Shown here: positions 7,705 to 8,271 of the stretch, in pieces
Position numbering within the stretch: position 1 is the stretch's first letter
Layout: the number at the start of each line of letters is the position of its first letter
Source: Ramazzottius varieornatus
Lineage: Eukaryota > Animalia > Tardigrada
Length of the DNA stretch: 8,271 nt
Reading direction: 5' to 3'
NCBI GenBank assembly: GCA_001949185.1
Contig: BDGG01000039.1
Span: 1 to 8,271 of the forward strand
Translations under genes and position numbers: made by a program
Notes under the pieces: model-generated
Seen by the model: only the letters and a program-made list of their open reading frames with translations
Databases searched by the model: none
Told to the model about the DNA's origin: nothing

Positions 7705-8271
7705 GTAATGTAAAGCCTTTTCGTAAAATGTGAAGCAGTTACGTTGTTCGAAAGGAGGAATTGTTGCTGTCCACAAGTTGACTAACTGTGATTTGACGAA
7801 TTCTCGCTAGGGTTTTGCTTTCAAAACAGAAACATCGTCTATTGAGAAGGAGATTTACAATACAAAACCCGGTTTGCCAGTATACATCCTCGAGAGAAAG
7901 CTACCAACACACCTCAGCTATGATATTCTAGTTCCCATTGATCGTCCTTAAGGACATCCCTAACTGACCCTGAAATTAGGTTGCCAAGACCTGCCATAGG
8001 TGGGGCTAGGAACGACACAGCTGATTTTTGGTTTTGAAGAAGGCGTGAACCACGGTGGGACGCAAAGAACAACCAAATAACACTCAGCCGCTTTTCGCCG
8101 TGCATTAATACCTCATAACGCAAACACTTTATTTTGAGTATAGGCCCCTTTTGATTAGGCTCAGTTATTAACTGGGCATTTAATACATGACTCAGCGCAC
8201 TTGATATCTCTGTTTGGTAACGTAGAAGAGCTCGTATCAGATCGGTTGATTGCTCCGACTGATACATACTC

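Noticed and set aside
7914-8267. 117-aa minus-strand ORF at the window edge
   Set aside because: No recognisable domain; a partial exon or TE fragment cannot be excluded without flanking sequence.

Overview
Eukaryotic-looking genomic DNA (TATA box, Kozak ATG, spliceosomal-type splice signals); the organism cannot be determined from the sequence. One convincing protein-coding gene is present on the + strand (ATG 4848 to TAA 6431, 527 aa). It encodes a secreted Cys-rich, mucin-linked protein with five divergent chitin-binding type-2 (CBM14/peritrophin-A)-like modules arranged X-[A-B]-linker-[A'-B']. Two tandem GT donors and a CTAAC/CAG acceptor around the stop codon suggest a short intron and possibly an alternative C-terminus. 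The upstream region holds a TA-flanked mariner-type MITE (3336-3680), a probable decayed Tc1/mariner transposase C-terminus (4321-4581, minus strand), a perfect heat-shock element, and a long G-U-rich hairpin (1795-1885) resembling a pre-miRNA. The other listed ORFs look spurious. I see no evidence of a multi-gene novel system; the novelty candidates are the protein's Cys architecture, the stop-codon splice switch and the hairpin.
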